Assembly: GCA_002898555.1 (NCBI GenBank)
Contig: BEHR01000003.1
Span: 28,289-92,288 of the forward strand
Direction of reading: 5' to 3'
Length of the DNA stretch: 64,000 nt
Origin: a bacterium HR15
GTDB taxonomy: Bacteria; Armatimonadota; Fimbriimonadia; Fimbriimonadales; GBS-DC
How positions within the stretch are numbered: the stretch's first letter is position 1; each line of letters begins with the position of its first letter. The translations under genes and the position numbers were made by a program. This document shows positions 31,864-40,656 of this stretch, piece by piece. Below the pieces are notes generated by a model that was given only the letters and a program-made list of their open reading frames with translations, was not told the DNA's origin and did no database searches.

Positions 31864-33312
31864 TTATCGGATCAGCTGCAGCACGGCTTGCGGCGCGAAG
31901 TTCGCCTGACCGAGTACTGCCATACCCGCCTGCTGCAGGATCTGGAACTTGGTGAAGCGGGTAATCTCTTCCGCGAAGTTCACATCGCGGATGGACGATT
32001 CGGAAGCGGTCAGGTTCTCCTTCGCCACGCTGAGCGAGCGCATGTTGCTTTCGAGAATGTTCTTCTGGAACGCGCCCATATCGCCACGCAGCTTGGAGAC
32101 CTGGGCGATGGCAGCGTCGATGATGCGCAGAGCCTCCTCGGCGCCCCCTGCTGCGGTCACATCGATGTCGGCGAGGCTCTTGCCAGCCACCACGCCTGTA
32201 CCCAGCTGGGTGGTGCTCATGTTATTGAGCGAAAGGGCAACGGTCTGACCGGCGTTTGCCCCGACTTGGAACTGCAGCTGTCCCGTGGTGATGCGAGCTA
32301 CTTGCACCAAGCTGGTGGTGGCGTTGCCTGCCTCGGTCAGCAAGATCACATTGCCGTAGGTGTCGGTCAGGCGCAGCCCCGATTCGCCTGCGCTGCGTCC
32401 ACCCACGAACTTGACTGAGGTGACGCCTGCCGAGGTGTTGATCGAAACGGTGTACTCGGCGTTGCGCCCCGTCACATTGGTCGCCCCGCCGCTGCTAAGC
32501 ACCAGCCCGCGCGAATCGTCGAGGTTCACTCGGAAGTTCGCGCCGTACTCGCTGGAGCGCAGGCGAATGACATAGCTGCCGTTGGCGAAACTCGCTTCAG
32601 CAACTACGCCCGTGACCGAGGTGGCGGCGTTAATCTTGTTCAGGAAGCTCTCCAGCGTCTCGGTGCCGTCTGTGGAGAAGGTCTGCCCGTTAATCACGAT
32701 GCTGCCCGCGGCAACCGTGCTGGCAAGCGAGCCATAAGACACACTGCCCGCCACGACGGCGCGCGCCGCCGAGGTAATCTGCTGGATGCTTACTTCCCCG
32801 GAAGCCACCGCGACGCCGTTGAAGGTGCCCGTGAAGAAGGCGCCGCCGACTAAGTTCGTGTTGGTCACCGAGGTGCTGACGCCCGCGGTTCCATCCAGCA
32901 GCTTCTTCGTGCCAAACTGGGTCTGCTGGGCGATACGGTTAATACTCTCCAGGGCGGAACGGATTTGGTTCTGATCAGCCTGCAAAGCGGTCAGGTCGTT
33001 CGTGCCTGTGTTGCCCGCGTGCACGGCGAGTTGGCGCATACTGCGCAGCAGGGTGTGAATCTCTTCGAGAGCACCCTCTGCGGTCTTCACGAGGTTGCTT
33101 GCGTCTTGCGAGTTGGCAATCGCCTGCTCCAGCCCCGCAATCTGGGCGCGCAGGTTCTCGGAGCGAATCAGACCAGCGGGGTCATCTGCACCGCGAATGA
33201 CGCGCAGACCCGACGCCAGCCGTTCAATCGAGCTCGAAAAGCCATCCGATGCGCTTTGCACATTGCGCAGCGCAATCAGCGACGACATATTCGTGTTGAT
33301 GCGCAGACTCAT
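31864..33312 (-). CDS. fliC: Flagellin
   Basis: RINTN, RLASGLR..ADDPAG, QVGAN, SESSIRDVNFAEE. Confidence 0.95.
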   Translation of the reverse strand: MSLRINTNMSSLIALRNVQSASDGFSSSIERLASGLRVIRGADDPAGLIRSENLRAQIAGLEQAIANSQDASNLVKTAEGALEEIHTLLRSMRQLAVHAGNTGTNDLTALQADQNQIRSALESINRIAQQTQFGTKKLLDGTAGVSTSVTNTNLVGGAFFTGTFNGVAVASGEVSIQQITSAARAVVAGSVSYGSLASTVAAGSIVINGQTFSTDGTETLESFLNKINAATSVTGVVAEASFANGSYVIRLRSSEYGANFRVNLDDSRGLVLSSGGATNVTGRNAEYTVSINTSAGVTSVKFVGGRSAGESGLRLTDTYGNVILLTEAGNATTSLVQVARITTGQLQFQVGANAGQTVALSLNNMSTTQLGTGVVAGKSLADIDVTAAGGAEEALRIIDAAIAQVSKLRGDMGAFQKNILESNMRSLSVAKENLTASESSIRDVNFAEEITRFTKFQILQQAGMAVLGQANFAPQAVLQLIR

Positions 33313-33490
33313 CGTTCCATCCTCCTTGACTCGTTGGATTGATGCGTGCTATGCCCGCCGCTCCATCGGCAGGGTGCGTCGCACGCTACAAGGGATTGTG
33401 GGCAAAAGGTTCACAAGCTCTCTCCGCAAAAATACGGGGATTGTGCTAAAAATAGTAAAACTACGGGGAGCCTGTGCAAAATACGAGGAT

Positions 33491-34543
33491 TTAACCGAGG
33501 AGCTGCTGACGGACGCGCTCGCGGATCAGCGCACGGATGGCACGCGGTATATGGAACAGCTCGACACCACATAGATAAACCGGGGCGCCCGCTTCGGTGA
33601 GAGCCATCGTATGTCGCACAACACCTTCACTCTGGAAACGGTGGAGCGCTTCGCCTTCCTGCCATTCGATGAGCAGGCGCAGGGGTGTTCCCCGATTTAG
33701 CTCCACCGGCAGTTTCAGCGCAACACCATGCGTACTCAGGTCGATAAGCTCGCCCTCTGTGGTACGCAATAATCGCCCGGCAGCAGAGATGACAGCACGT
33801 CCGCGTGCAGGCAAGCGTGGTTCGCGCCGCCGTTGAATCCGTCGTATCTGGCGGGGACGGCGCAACAGCCACCAGTCGCTCTCCCCCCGATGAGAATGCT
33901 CCAGGAGGCGCGTGCTGAACTGATAGAGCGCGTCCCTGCCCGTAAGTTCTACCCGGAGGCGCGCCGGGAGAACCTCGGGGGCGGGAGGGGTTTCTACCGC
34001 GAAGGTCAGCTCGTTGCCCGCATGCACTCTGCCTATCAGCCGTCGCCCCTCAAAATGCAGCGTGACCACTTCGCCCACAGGTGGAATCGCCAACCATGTC
34101 GGAATCGGGTGGACCCCAGCCTCCAACACACCCTCCCGCGGCATCTGCACTGCTGCATGGGTCGCGGAAGTCGCCTGACGCTTGAGTAGCAGATGCCGCA
34201 TGCTAGTTAGCAAGGTGTCGATGTCAAAGGGCTTGAAGAGCACCGCGTCCACACCTTGTTGCACGGCTTGCTGCAACTCTGCCTCCGCCGCATACGCCGT
34301 GATAAGAATAATGGGCATGGTTGGATCAATCTGGTGGGCTGCCTGCACAATCGCAGCCCCGCTGATGTCGGGCAGGCGCACATCTTGAATGAGCAGGTCA
34401 TACGCATGTTGCCGTAAACGCTCCAACGCCTCCTGACCCGTACGCACTACCTCACACGGAAGCCCAACCAATCGGGCAGCGTCCTCCATCACCTGTTGCA
34501 GCAACACCTCATCCTCAACCACCAGTATACGGAACCCTTTCAT
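33491..34543 (-). CDS. Receiver + YcgR/PilZ domain protein
   Basis: ILVVEDE, QDVRLP, KPF; QRRREPR and DLSTHG PilZ motifs. Confidence 0.8.
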   Translation of the reverse strand: MKGFRILVVEDEVLLQQVMEDAARLVGLPCEVVRTGQEALERLRQHAYDLLIQDVRLPDISGAAIVQAAHQIDPTMPIILITAYAAEAELQQAVQQGVDAVLFKPFDIDTLLTSMRHLLLKRQATSATHAAVQMPREGVLEAGVHPIPTWLAIPPVGEVVTLHFEGRRLIGRVHAGNELTFAVETPPAPEVLPARLRVELTGRDALYQFSTRLLEHSHRGESDWWLLRRPRQIRRIQRRREPRLPARGRAVISAAGRLLRTTEGELIDLSTHGVALKLPVELNRGTPLRLLIEWQEGEALHRFQSEGVVRHTMALTEAGAPVYLCGVELFHIPRAIRALIRERVRQQLLG

Positions 34544-34738
34544 CGATGCTCCTCCCTGACTGTGCCGCCTGTAAAACTTTGGAGAGCGCGGCTCCTTATT
34601 GCCACCTTCCTTCCAAACCAGAAACGACACAATGGTTCAGATAAGTCGGACTCTCTTTATAACACAGAGCAGCAATTTCTGTGCCACAAGGTGCTCTCCT
34701 GCTTCTTTTTTTCGCGTCGAATCTTCAGGTTTCCTTCA

Positions 34739-34980
34739 GAGACTGTTTAAAAACTGGAGTTCAAGGAGATGGGCAGGCATTCACGCTGGAGCATTTTGGA
34801 GGGCGAGGCTCCCGCCGAGCCGAATCTGGAGGGCGAGGCTCCCGCCGAGCCGTTCCAACCGACGCCGCACCAAGACAGGAATGTCTTCGTCACGCATGTC
34901 GGCTCGCGGGGACGCTCGCCCTCCACTGTGAGGTTCGAGCAGATACACCAGTCTGTCCCTACCATTCTTAAAACAGTCTC
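34739..34980. mobile_element. IS5 (IS1031-like) MITE C with TCA target duplication
   Basis: tca|gagactgttt ... aaacagtctc|tca; internal gagggcgaggctcccgccgagccg twice. Confidence 0.75.
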
Positions 34981-34992
34981 TCAGAATCTGGT

Positions 34993-36081
34993 TCACCCTT
35001 TCAGGATTGCTCTGAGTTTCTCGATCACGCGCTGTGGACGAACGCTCAGCATGCACTGGTGGCGTGGCAGCAGGCACTCGGCGTTGCGAAAGCGGTTCTC
35101 GTAGCAGCGCGGGCATGGCTCTTCTGGCAGCATTAGATGTAGATGGGGCAGCGGGGGTGTCCAGACCCACCAGGGGCTGGCGCCAAAGAGTGCGATAGTG
35201 GGCGTGCCGACACTATAGGCGAGATGCATAATGCCGTTATCCACCGAAACGCACGCTTTCGCCCGTTGCAGCGCGCCCGCCACTTGGGGCAGACTGAACC
35301 GCCCACGCAAATCCAGCAGAGCCGTTTGCTCCAGCAGCCAAGACTCGGTATCGCCGGTGTGATAGACCGCGTTCTGACGCTGGGGCTGATCACCAATCAG
35401 TCCGACGGTCAATCCTTGCGCGGTACACCAATCGATGAGTTGTTTCCAGTAGTCGCGGCTCCAAAGTTTTGCGGGGCGGCGACCACCTGTGGAGATGAGG
35501 AGGTCGGGAATCGGGCAGCCTGGCTCGTGGGTGGGAACCTCCGTGCGATAGAAATCGGTCTCCACGAACGCCAGCCGACACCAGATTTCACCGATGTAGG
35601 TGCTTTTCAAGATATCGCCATATCGTTGTAGCAGGTCGGGAGCGGACCAGAACTCCTCGTGCAGTTGGTGCCGTTTGCCGGGTGGGCGCGGTACCTCCTC
35701 GCGCCAATCTTCGCTAAGGCAGCGACCCACCACATAGCGCGGCTCCAGCAAGCGCGCCACGAACGCCATCGTGGGATGGAAATCACAGTTGATGACCAAA
35801 TCGTAGGGACCCGCCCGCTCGCGCCGCGCTTGAATAAAGGCGGGTAGCTCCTTCAGGGCATTTGGGTTGCCAAAAACGGAGAAGCGCGCGTCGATATAGG
35901 GCAACGCCTCCTCCAACTCGCGCGTGCGCTCACCACTGAAATAGTCCAGGGTGCAGCCCGGATATTTCTCCTTTAGCCCGCGCAGTAGAGGCGTCACAAT
36001 CACGAAATCGCCGATCGCGTCATAGAACAGCACCGCGAGATGAGGTCGCTCCCGCAGTGGCTGATCGTTGAACCCTTCCAT
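34993..36081 (-). CDS. Glycosyltransferase family 9 (heptosyltransferase-like)
   Basis: AIGDF, KLWS, DLRG, DNGIMHLA, PTIALFG. Confidence 0.88.
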   Translation of the reverse strand: MEGFNDQPLRERPHLAVLFYDAIGDFVIVTPLLRGLKEKYPGCTLDYFSGERTRELEEALPYIDARFSVFGNPNALKELPAFIQARRERAGPYDLVINCDFHPTMAFVARLLEPRYVVGRCLSEDWREEVPRPPGKRHQLHEEFWSAPDLLQRYGDILKSTYIGEIWCRLAFVETDFYRTEVPTHEPGCPIPDLLISTGGRRPAKLWSRDYWKQLIDWCTAQGLTVGLIGDQPQRQNAVYHTGDTESWLLEQTALLDLRGRFSLPQVAGALQRAKACVSVDNGIMHLAYSVGTPTIALFGASPWWVWTPPLPHLHLMLPEEPCPRCYENRFRNAECLLPRHQCMLSVRPQRVIEKLRAILKG

Positions 36082-36097
36082 CAGAAAAGATTCTACC

Positions 36098-36949
36098 TTA
36101 CCGATGGCGATCGTCGGACTGGTCGGATGAGGCGGGTGAATTGGGTGGCTTGGAGTGTGTGTGGCGTGGTATCCAAGCGTATCCGCGGGCGCGCATCTGA
36201 CCTCGCTCGCTGATAACCTGCTCCACATATAACCCGTCAGAGATGCCCAGATCGCGATCGGCATCGATCAACGGGTTCAGCCATTGACGCATCCTCTCCA
36301 CCGCCGCAGGGGGCAGCTCGGTGCCCTCCATCTCGATGCGCGCCTCGGCAAGCTCCAGAAAGCGTCCCTCGCGTGGGGTCAGCTGTCCCACCGCCTGAAA
36401 ATGCACCTCGCTGCCCAGAAAGACCACGGTGCCGCGCACATGCGTCTCGGTTGGGGTAATTTCTACCTGCACTTCGCGCACATAGGGCGCGTATTTGCGA
36501 CGAATGTACACTGCCAAATCCTCTTGACGCACCACCATTTCGGCGCGCCCAACGCCCGTATCGGAAAGGCGAAAGATTCGCTTGCGCATCGCCAGCTTGC
36601 GATCATAGCGCACATCAGGAATTTCGGCATCCACCCGCTCCGCCCGCAAGCCGCGCAGGGTCACATCCTGCAGCCGCATGACAAACTGCTTGATCCAGCC
36701 CGTTTTAGGGCGATGTGTCTCTAAGGTGAAGGGTAAGCCGTCCAGCGTGAAATGGCTCGCTTCGACGACGAGCCGCTTCAGACGCCCATCAATAAGCCCA
36801 TCGATGCCGTCGGGCTCGATGCGCACACGAATGTCGCCCCCACCTACCCGCTGGCGAATTTCACGGGTGGCACTCTTTTCCACCTCGCGAATCGCGCTCT
36901 TGCCCAGCGTGAGCAAGATAGCCAATACCGCCAGCCATTCACGCTTCAT
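36098..36949 (-). CDS. DUF2993/LmeA-like protein
   Basis: N-terminal hydrophobic segment; GRLKRLVVEA, QEDLAVYI, NPLID. Confidence 0.65.
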   Translation of the reverse strand: MKREWLAVLAILLTLGKSAIREVEKSATREIRQRVGGGDIRVRIEPDGIDGLIDGRLKRLVVEASHFTLDGLPFTLETHRPKTGWIKQFVMRLQDVTLRGLRAERVDAEIPDVRYDRKLAMRKRIFRLSDTGVGRAEMVVRQEDLAVYIRRKYAPYVREVQVEITPTETHVRGTVVFLGSEVHFQAVGQLTPREGRFLELAEARIEMEGTELPPAAVERMRQWLNPLIDADRDLGISDGLYVEQVISERGQMRARGYAWIPRHTHSKPPNSPASSDQSDDRHR

Positions 36950-37006
36950 GGGAACAGGTAGCGCAGGATAAGCAGTTAGTGAGGCTACTTTTTGTCGTCG
37001 GCAGGC

Positions 37007-39607
37007 TCATGGCGTGCGCTGAGGCGCCGAGGGCGATGAGGTTGAAGAGGTGGAGTTCAATCGGCGTTTGACTTCCTCGTTATTGGGGAAGTTTTCGCTG
37101 AGCTGGCGCAGCAGTTGCTGGGCGCGTTCACGATTGCCCAGCTGCTCGTAAAGCGTGACGAGTTTCAGTCCTGCCGACACATCGTCGGGGAAGGCGCGGA
37201 ACAACGCCTCGTAGGCATGCAGGGCATCGAGCGTGGTGCCATACTCATCCGCGCGGATTGCCCAACTGCGCAGCAGGGCGGTGTCGTCGGGCACCAGGCG
37301 GGCGAGCCGCGCATAGAGAGGGAGCGCAGCCTTCTGGCGTCCCAACTCCTCCAGCAGGCTCAGCTGCAGGCGTAGGAGGGGCACATCATCGGGGCGCTGG
37401 CGCAGGCGCGTCTCCAACCAACGGAGTGCATCCTCCGCTTGACCCGAACGCCGCAACCACTCCACATACGCCTTAGCCGCCTCCTGACCCGGCGTGTCCT
37501 GCTGTGCCAGCCGTTCGATCAGCGTGCGATAGTCCGACCCGCGCTGAAGTTCCGCAGCAAGCCGTTCCATGAAGGGATAGAGGCTGAGGTCATCGGGATT
37601 CGTCTGCAACGCCCTCACCAAGGTCTCCCATGCCGCCACTTTGTTGCCCAGCTGTTGTTGCAGTTCGGCAATCTGGTAGAGCGTCCATGTGCGCGTCGGG
37701 TTGAGCTGAGAGGCTCGCTGAAACGCTTGCAGCGCATCTTGAGGACGATTCAACTGGCGATAAATCAGCCCCAGTTCTTGATAGAGCGCTTCAAGGGTTT
37801 TGACCCGCTCTTGTTTTGGCTTAGAAGGCGCCTCGCCCTCCCGTTTGGGTTGTTTCGGCTCGGCAGGCGCCTCGCTCTCCAAGGTGCGAATTGCCTGCTG
37901 ATATTCTTGGATTGCTTCCTCGCTCCGCTTGTGCCGGATGAGGAGGCTGGCAAGCAGGTTCAGGTAGCGATAGCCGTGCATGCGGATACATTCACGCAGG
38001 AAGGCGACCGCATCGTCGACGCGATTGGCTTGCTGATACATTTCGATGGCGTTGGAGATAGCCAGTTCGCTTGGTTCGGGTTGCAACGCTTGCTGGCGAT
38101 AGAGCTTGCCCGCCTCGTCGATCTCGCCTAACTCGCGATACATCGCGGCGGCGCCCAGGGCAGCCACTGTATTCAGCGGCTCCTTCGCCAGCACTTTGAG
38201 ATAGAGTTGCAGCGCATCGCGATATTGCTGGCGCCGCTCCAGCAGGCGCGCCTTGCCCAGCAATGCACCCAGCTCATCGGGTGTCTGCTGCAGCAAGAGA
38301 TCATACTGTTGAACAGCCTCGTCCAGTCGTCCCTGTCGACTCAGAAATCGGGCATATTCGCGACGCAGCTCGGGGCGATTCGGAAACTTCTCCAGCAGGC
38401 TCTTGTATTCCGTCTCGGCAAGCGTGTACTCTCGGTTGCGTTCATAGATAAGCGCAACCTGTAAGCGTGGATACGGCTCCTCCGGAAGATTTTCCGCCCA
38501 GCGACGCAGCAGGGGCAGTATCTCTTGCTCCGCCTCCTGACCTTGCAGGACACGGAACTGCCCCTCATAGGCGCGTCCGTGGCGTGGGTTGTATTTCAGC
38601 ACCTCCGCGAAATGTTCACGCGCCTTGCCATACTCTTTCAGGTTCAGCTCGCAATAGGCGATCTCGGTGAGTATCTCCCAGTAGAGCGGCTCGGCGGCAT
38701 TGTGCAGTTGGAGCGCTTGCCCGAGATACTGCTTGGCTTCCGCATAGCGTTGCAGGCGCATCAGCATCAGCCCTGCCCCCAGATGCACATCAGGATTCTT
38801 GGGGTAGATTTTTGCCAGATGCTGATAATCCGCGCAGGCGTTCTCCCATTCCTGCAATTGCTGGAACAGCTGGGCGCGTTTGAGCCGGGTGGGAAGGTCG
38901 TCTGGTTCCAATTGGAGTGCTTCGGTGTAAGCACGCACTGCCTCGCGGGGCTGCTGCAGCGCCTCATACACCATGCCGAGCGACTTCCATGCGGTGCTGT
39001 AATCGGGTTTGAGCTGGACGGTTTTCTGCAGGTGCTGGCGCGCCTCCTCCTTGCGCCCCATCTGATAGGCGGCGATGCCCAAATTGTAATGGATACGAAA
39101 ATCGTTCGGATGGGTCTTGAGCGATTTTGTGAACTCGGCATAGGCTTGCTTCCAATCGCCTTTTAGCGCGGCGAGCGAGCCAGTGAGTAAAGGCAGTTCG
39201 GGATGGTTCGGGAAATGGTCGCGCAGCATGCGTAGATAGCCAGATGCCTCGTCCAGCCGGTTGCGGTCCAGCGCGAGGCGTGCTAACTCCACCAGGGGCA
39301 TAGGATTACGAGGGTCCAGCTCCGCTGCGCGACGCAGATGGTGTGCCGCCTTCTCTGATTGACCCTGCATGCGATAGACCAGCCCGAGGTTCAGGTGGGC
39401 AGGAGCAAGGTTCGGTTGCTCCTTGAGAATCTGTCGCAGCAGGGTGGCTGCTTGCTCATATTTGCCCTGCCGCGCCAGCTGAATGGCGCGGTCAAACCGT
39501 TGCTGCAGGGTACTCACGCTCGGCGATGCGCCACTCTTGCCTGCTTGTGCCAGCACCAGCCCGACCGATAGGCTCAACCAACCAAGCAGCAATCCCATTC
39601 GCCTCAT
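37007..39607 (-). CDS. Secreted TPR-repeat protein
   Basis: Signal peptide; many TPRs (AHLNLGLVY, IHYNLGIA). Confidence 0.9.
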   Translation of the reverse strand: MRRMGLLLGWLSLSVGLVLAQAGKSGASPSVSTLQQRFDRAIQLARQGKYEQAATLLRQILKEQPNLAPAHLNLGLVYRMQGQSEKAAHHLRRAAELDPRNPMPLVELARLALDRNRLDEASGYLRMLRDHFPNHPELPLLTGSLAALKGDWKQAYAEFTKSLKTHPNDFRIHYNLGIAAYQMGRKEEARQHLQKTVQLKPDYSTAWKSLGMVYEALQQPREAVRAYTEALQLEPDDLPTRLKRAQLFQQLQEWENACADYQHLAKIYPKNPDVHLGAGLMLMRLQRYAEAKQYLGQALQLHNAAEPLYWEILTEIAYCELNLKEYGKAREHFAEVLKYNPRHGRAYEGQFRVLQGQEAEQEILPLLRRWAENLPEEPYPRLQVALIYERNREYTLAETEYKSLLEKFPNRPELRREYARFLSRQGRLDEAVQQYDLLLQQTPDELGALLGKARLLERRQQYRDALQLYLKVLAKEPLNTVAALGAAAMYRELGEIDEAGKLYRQQALQPEPSELAISNAIEMYQQANRVDDAVAFLRECIRMHGYRYLNLLASLLIRHKRSEEAIQEYQQAIRTLESEAPAEPKQPKREGEAPSKPKQERVKTLEALYQELGLIYRQLNRPQDALQAFQRASQLNPTRTWTLYQIAELQQQLGNKVAAWETLVRALQTNPDDLSLYPFMERLAAELQRGSDYRTLIERLAQQDTPGQEAAKAYVEWLRRSGQAEDALRWLETRLRQRPDDVPLLRLQLSLLEELGRQKAALPLYARLARLVPDDTALLRSWAIRADEYGTTLDALHAYEALFRAFPDDVSAGLKLVTLYEQLGNRERAQQLLRQLSENFPNNEEVKRRLNSTSSTSSPSAPQRTP

Positions 39608-39734
39608 CAAGAAAAGTATACCCCCATCCTCCCGACAGTTGCCCAACACCGCTGCCCTCGCATGGATAATTTCCTTCTACCATCAATCGCCCATGTTTTG
39701 AACTCACATGGCATCACTCAGCCCTGAGAATGAG

Positions 39735-39753
39735 TGTAACGACTTTGTAACGA
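39735..39753 (+). promoter_or_regulatory. Candidate wHTH operator
   Basis: TGTAACGA direct repeat with 11-bp period. Confidence 0.4.
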
Positions 39754-39803
39754 ACACGGTTTGTCAAGGTGATATATATATAGGCGGTATAGGAGGCAGA
39801 GTA

Positions 39804-40628
39804 ATGATTAACCAACTGCATCGTTTCGGATTGAGCAGCGGGTTAGCTTGGGTGTTGCTGATAGGGGCTGCTTTTGCACAGTCAGGGTGCCCCAATGACC
39901 CCATCTACTCTCCGCTCGTCAGTTGTTGGGATAGTATTCAGATTGAGCACTGTGGTATACAAGGCGCCGCTAATTCTCCTTCTTGTTCTTGTGGGAGCCA
40001 AAACGATACGGACTACATTCATATTATTCCATGCTGCGATTCAGACTCAGGCTGTACTTATGCAGGATGTAATGCCAAGGGTATTGTTTACTATCATTAT
40101 ACGGGTGGAAATTCTTACAGTTCTATATATTCAAAATTCAAGATAAAATTTGATCTAAAATGGGGTAGATTCACAGATTGCATGGACTTTTTTATTGCGC
40201 GAAATATAACTAATAATCCTGTACAATATTCAGGTCCATATGTTGTTGTTCGATTCAAAATGGGACCGCAACTTGCCCAAATAGATGAGCTCAAGCCTGT
40301 ACCAGCCTTACTCAGTCCAAGTATTGTTGTCTTGGATAGCGGAGGGCACCCAGTTGCGATCCACAGTCCGCTACTGGAATATCGGAATGGAAATTTGGAT
40401 ACTCCTCTCTGGTTTGATGGTGAGATTCATACGGTTGAGGTGTCTTATCATCCAACATCAGGGCGAATCGCGGTTAAAGTCGATGGACGGTTATTAATCA
40501 AGTGCGAGGTTCAACAAGTTCCTTCTGCACCGCCCAGCTTCTACGCAGGTTTTTACGCGTTCCGCGGAGCGGGCTACCTGGATGCCCAATTGCACGGCTG
40601 GTGTCTCGGTTTAACAAGAACCGAGTGA
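39804..40628 (+). CDS. Secreted Cys-rich protein, possible lectin/concanavalin-like domain
   Basis: Signal peptide; DGEIHTVEVSY..IAVKVDG; AT-rich relative to flanks. Confidence 0.65.
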   Translation: MINQLHRFGLSSGLAWVLLIGAAFAQSGCPNDPIYSPLVSCWDSIQIEHCGIQGAANSPSCSCGSQNDTDYIHIIPCCDSDSGCTYAGCNAKGIVYYHYTGGNSYSSIYSKFKIKFDLKWGRFTDCMDFFIARNITNNPVQYSGPYVVVRFKMGPQLAQIDELKPVPALLSPSIVVLDSGGHPVAIHSPLLEYRNGNLDTPLWFDGEIHTVEVSYHPTSGRIAVKVDGRLLIKCEVQQVPSAPPSFYAGFYAFRGAGYLDAQLHGWCLGLTRTE

Positions 40629-40656
40629 CAGCTCGCAAAAAATAGGAGGTGAGAGA

